This document shows, in pieces, positions 60,212 to 60,894 of a stretch of 60,894 bases of DNA; position 1 is the first letter of the stretch, and each line of letters starts with the position of its first letter. The stretch comes from an uncultured Clostridiaceae bacterium (GTDB taxonomy: Bacteria > Bacillota > Clostridia > Monoglobales > Firm-18). The DNA is taken from NCBI GenBank assembly GCA_964573775.1, contig CAZNKU010000004.1, positions 1 through 60,894 on the forward strand, in the 5' to 3' direction. A program made the translations under genes and the position numbers. A model generated the notes under the pieces. That model did not search any database, was not told the origin of the DNA, and saw only the letters and a list, made by a program, of their open reading frames with translations.

Positions 60212-60329
60212 ATTTGTTTCTCCTTATTTGTTATATATGAACTTGTACGATTCGTGACATCCTTTATTGCGATTCATGCCGGATGGCAATTCAATGAGAT
60301 TACCAATTTTACAATTAAACTCATAATAA

Positions 60330-60353
60330 AAATCGTGCACAATTTAGATGCAG
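60330..60353. repeat. copy B of the AAAAT(T)CGTGCAC(A/G)ATTTAGATGC motif
   Basis: AAAATCGTGCACAATTTAGATGCA, about 125 nt upstream of the pyk start codon. Confidence 0.75.
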
Positions 60354-60372
60354 CAAAATCATTTTACCAGGA

Positions 60373-60667
60373 GCAAAAATCTTTGCTTGCAAGGGAGATT
60401 TTGCGACGCCGTTAATTGACACAGCGGTCAAAGACCGCAAAAAGCCAAAAGGCTTAAGGAATTTTATAATATCACGTATGTGTCAATTATAAAATTCGTG
60501 CACGATTTAGATGCCGTTCAATTAAATGAATAATTAATAATGAATGATGAATAATTGTGGTTGAAAATCGCCTTATGCGATTTTCTTCTAATTCAAATGC
60601 GTAGCATTTGTTCCTTAATTCTTCACTATTCATTTTTCACTATTCATTGAGTTTGCTTTGCAAACTC
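60373..60667. repeat. cluster of short perfect hairpins and inverted TGAATA-type repeats in the pyk upstream gap
   Basis: Stems at 60414-23/60479-88 (AATTGACACA/TGTGTCAATT), 60424-38, 60443-54, 60564-84, 60594-610 and 60649-67. Direct repeat CACTATTCATT at 60624 and 60638, with partially complementary AATGAATAATT-type copies at 60525-60556. Confidence 0.75.
60491..60516. repeat. copy C of the AAAAT(T)CGTGCAC(A/G)ATTTAGATGC motif
   Basis: AAAATTCGTGCACGATTTAGATGCCG, 161 nt from copy B in the same orientation. Confidence 0.75.
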
Positions 60668-60802
60668 ATTATAACATAAATAAATATTTTTTTCAACAAT
60701 ATAATTCTCTTAACAACATAAAACTGTACTATTGTCTTTTTTTCACTACGATAATAAGTTATCAAGAAAAGCAATTTCAAGTATATAATTAATATGGATT
60801 TT

Positions 60803-60834
60803 TCAAAAAAAGTGCACCCCGAAAGGTATGCACT
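60803..60834 (-). terminator. intrinsic terminator after the gene that enters at the window end
   Basis: Stem AGTGCA..CC / GG..TGCACT with a GAAA loop. A T7 run follows on the minus strand. Confidence 0.65.
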
Positions 60835-60848
60835 GTTTTAAACTTAAA

Positions 60849-60894
60849 TTAGTTAAGTTCAGCGAAGTATTTGATTGTTCTAACCATCTGGCTT
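60849..60894 (-). CDS. C-terminal 14 codons of a gene entering from beyond the window, possibly glyceraldehyde-3-phosphate dehydrogenase
   Basis: Own translation gives ...SQMVRTIKYFAELN*. This resembles the GapA C-terminus (..YTAQLVRTLEYFAKI..) as I recall it. Too short for certainty. Confidence 0.35.
   Translation of the reverse strand, partial: SQMVRTIKYFAELN

Noticed and set aside
60212-60810. Degraded pfkA pseudogene upstream of pyk
   Set aside because: Reading all frames by eye gave no PfkA-like peptide (for example GGDSPGMNA or GGDGS). The region is dominated by hairpins and A/T repeats rather than decayed coding sequence.

Overview
AT-rich chromosomal segment from an anaerobic, endospore-forming Firmicute (Clostridia-like; taxon inferred from gene content). 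About 55 protein genes are packed tightly in five alternating strand blocks. No transposase, integrase, CRISPR array or rRNA is visible. Recognisable content: a PFOR fragment, an Mrp/NBP35 ATPase, a GH28-like hydrolase, initiator tRNA-fMet, asp23 plus the full spoIIIAA-AH operon, a THF riboswitch with folT, spoIIGA-sigE, a D-Ala-D-Ala carboxypeptidase, mglBAC, queH, relQ-type alarmone synthetase, SleC-like cortex-lytic genes, pncB, dusB, guaB, the nusB-xseAB-ispA-dxs-tlyA-nadK-argR-recN block, nrdDG with NrdR boxes, a CoA-dehydratase-activase pair, an M20 peptidase and pyk. The most system-like element is a four-gene operon at 19.2-22.5 kb on the minus strand. It encodes a membrane-anchored zinc-ribbon protein, a vWA protein, a PP2C phosphatase and a Ser/Thr kinase, driven by an exact consensus promoter. 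This is a TerY-P-type phosphorylation triad with an extra partner. Other points worth a second look: a ladder of 8-nt repeats and mini-hairpins at 47.35-47.53 kb, a 17-24 nt motif repeated around pyk, a 600-bp hairpin-dense gap upstream of pyk, an in-frame TAA splitting the activase/dehydratase frame, a three-ORF SleC arrangement, a degraded larE-like gene, and an apparent ~32 kb inversion separating spoIIIA-asp23 from nusB. All calls come from reading the sequence and the ORF track. No searches were run.
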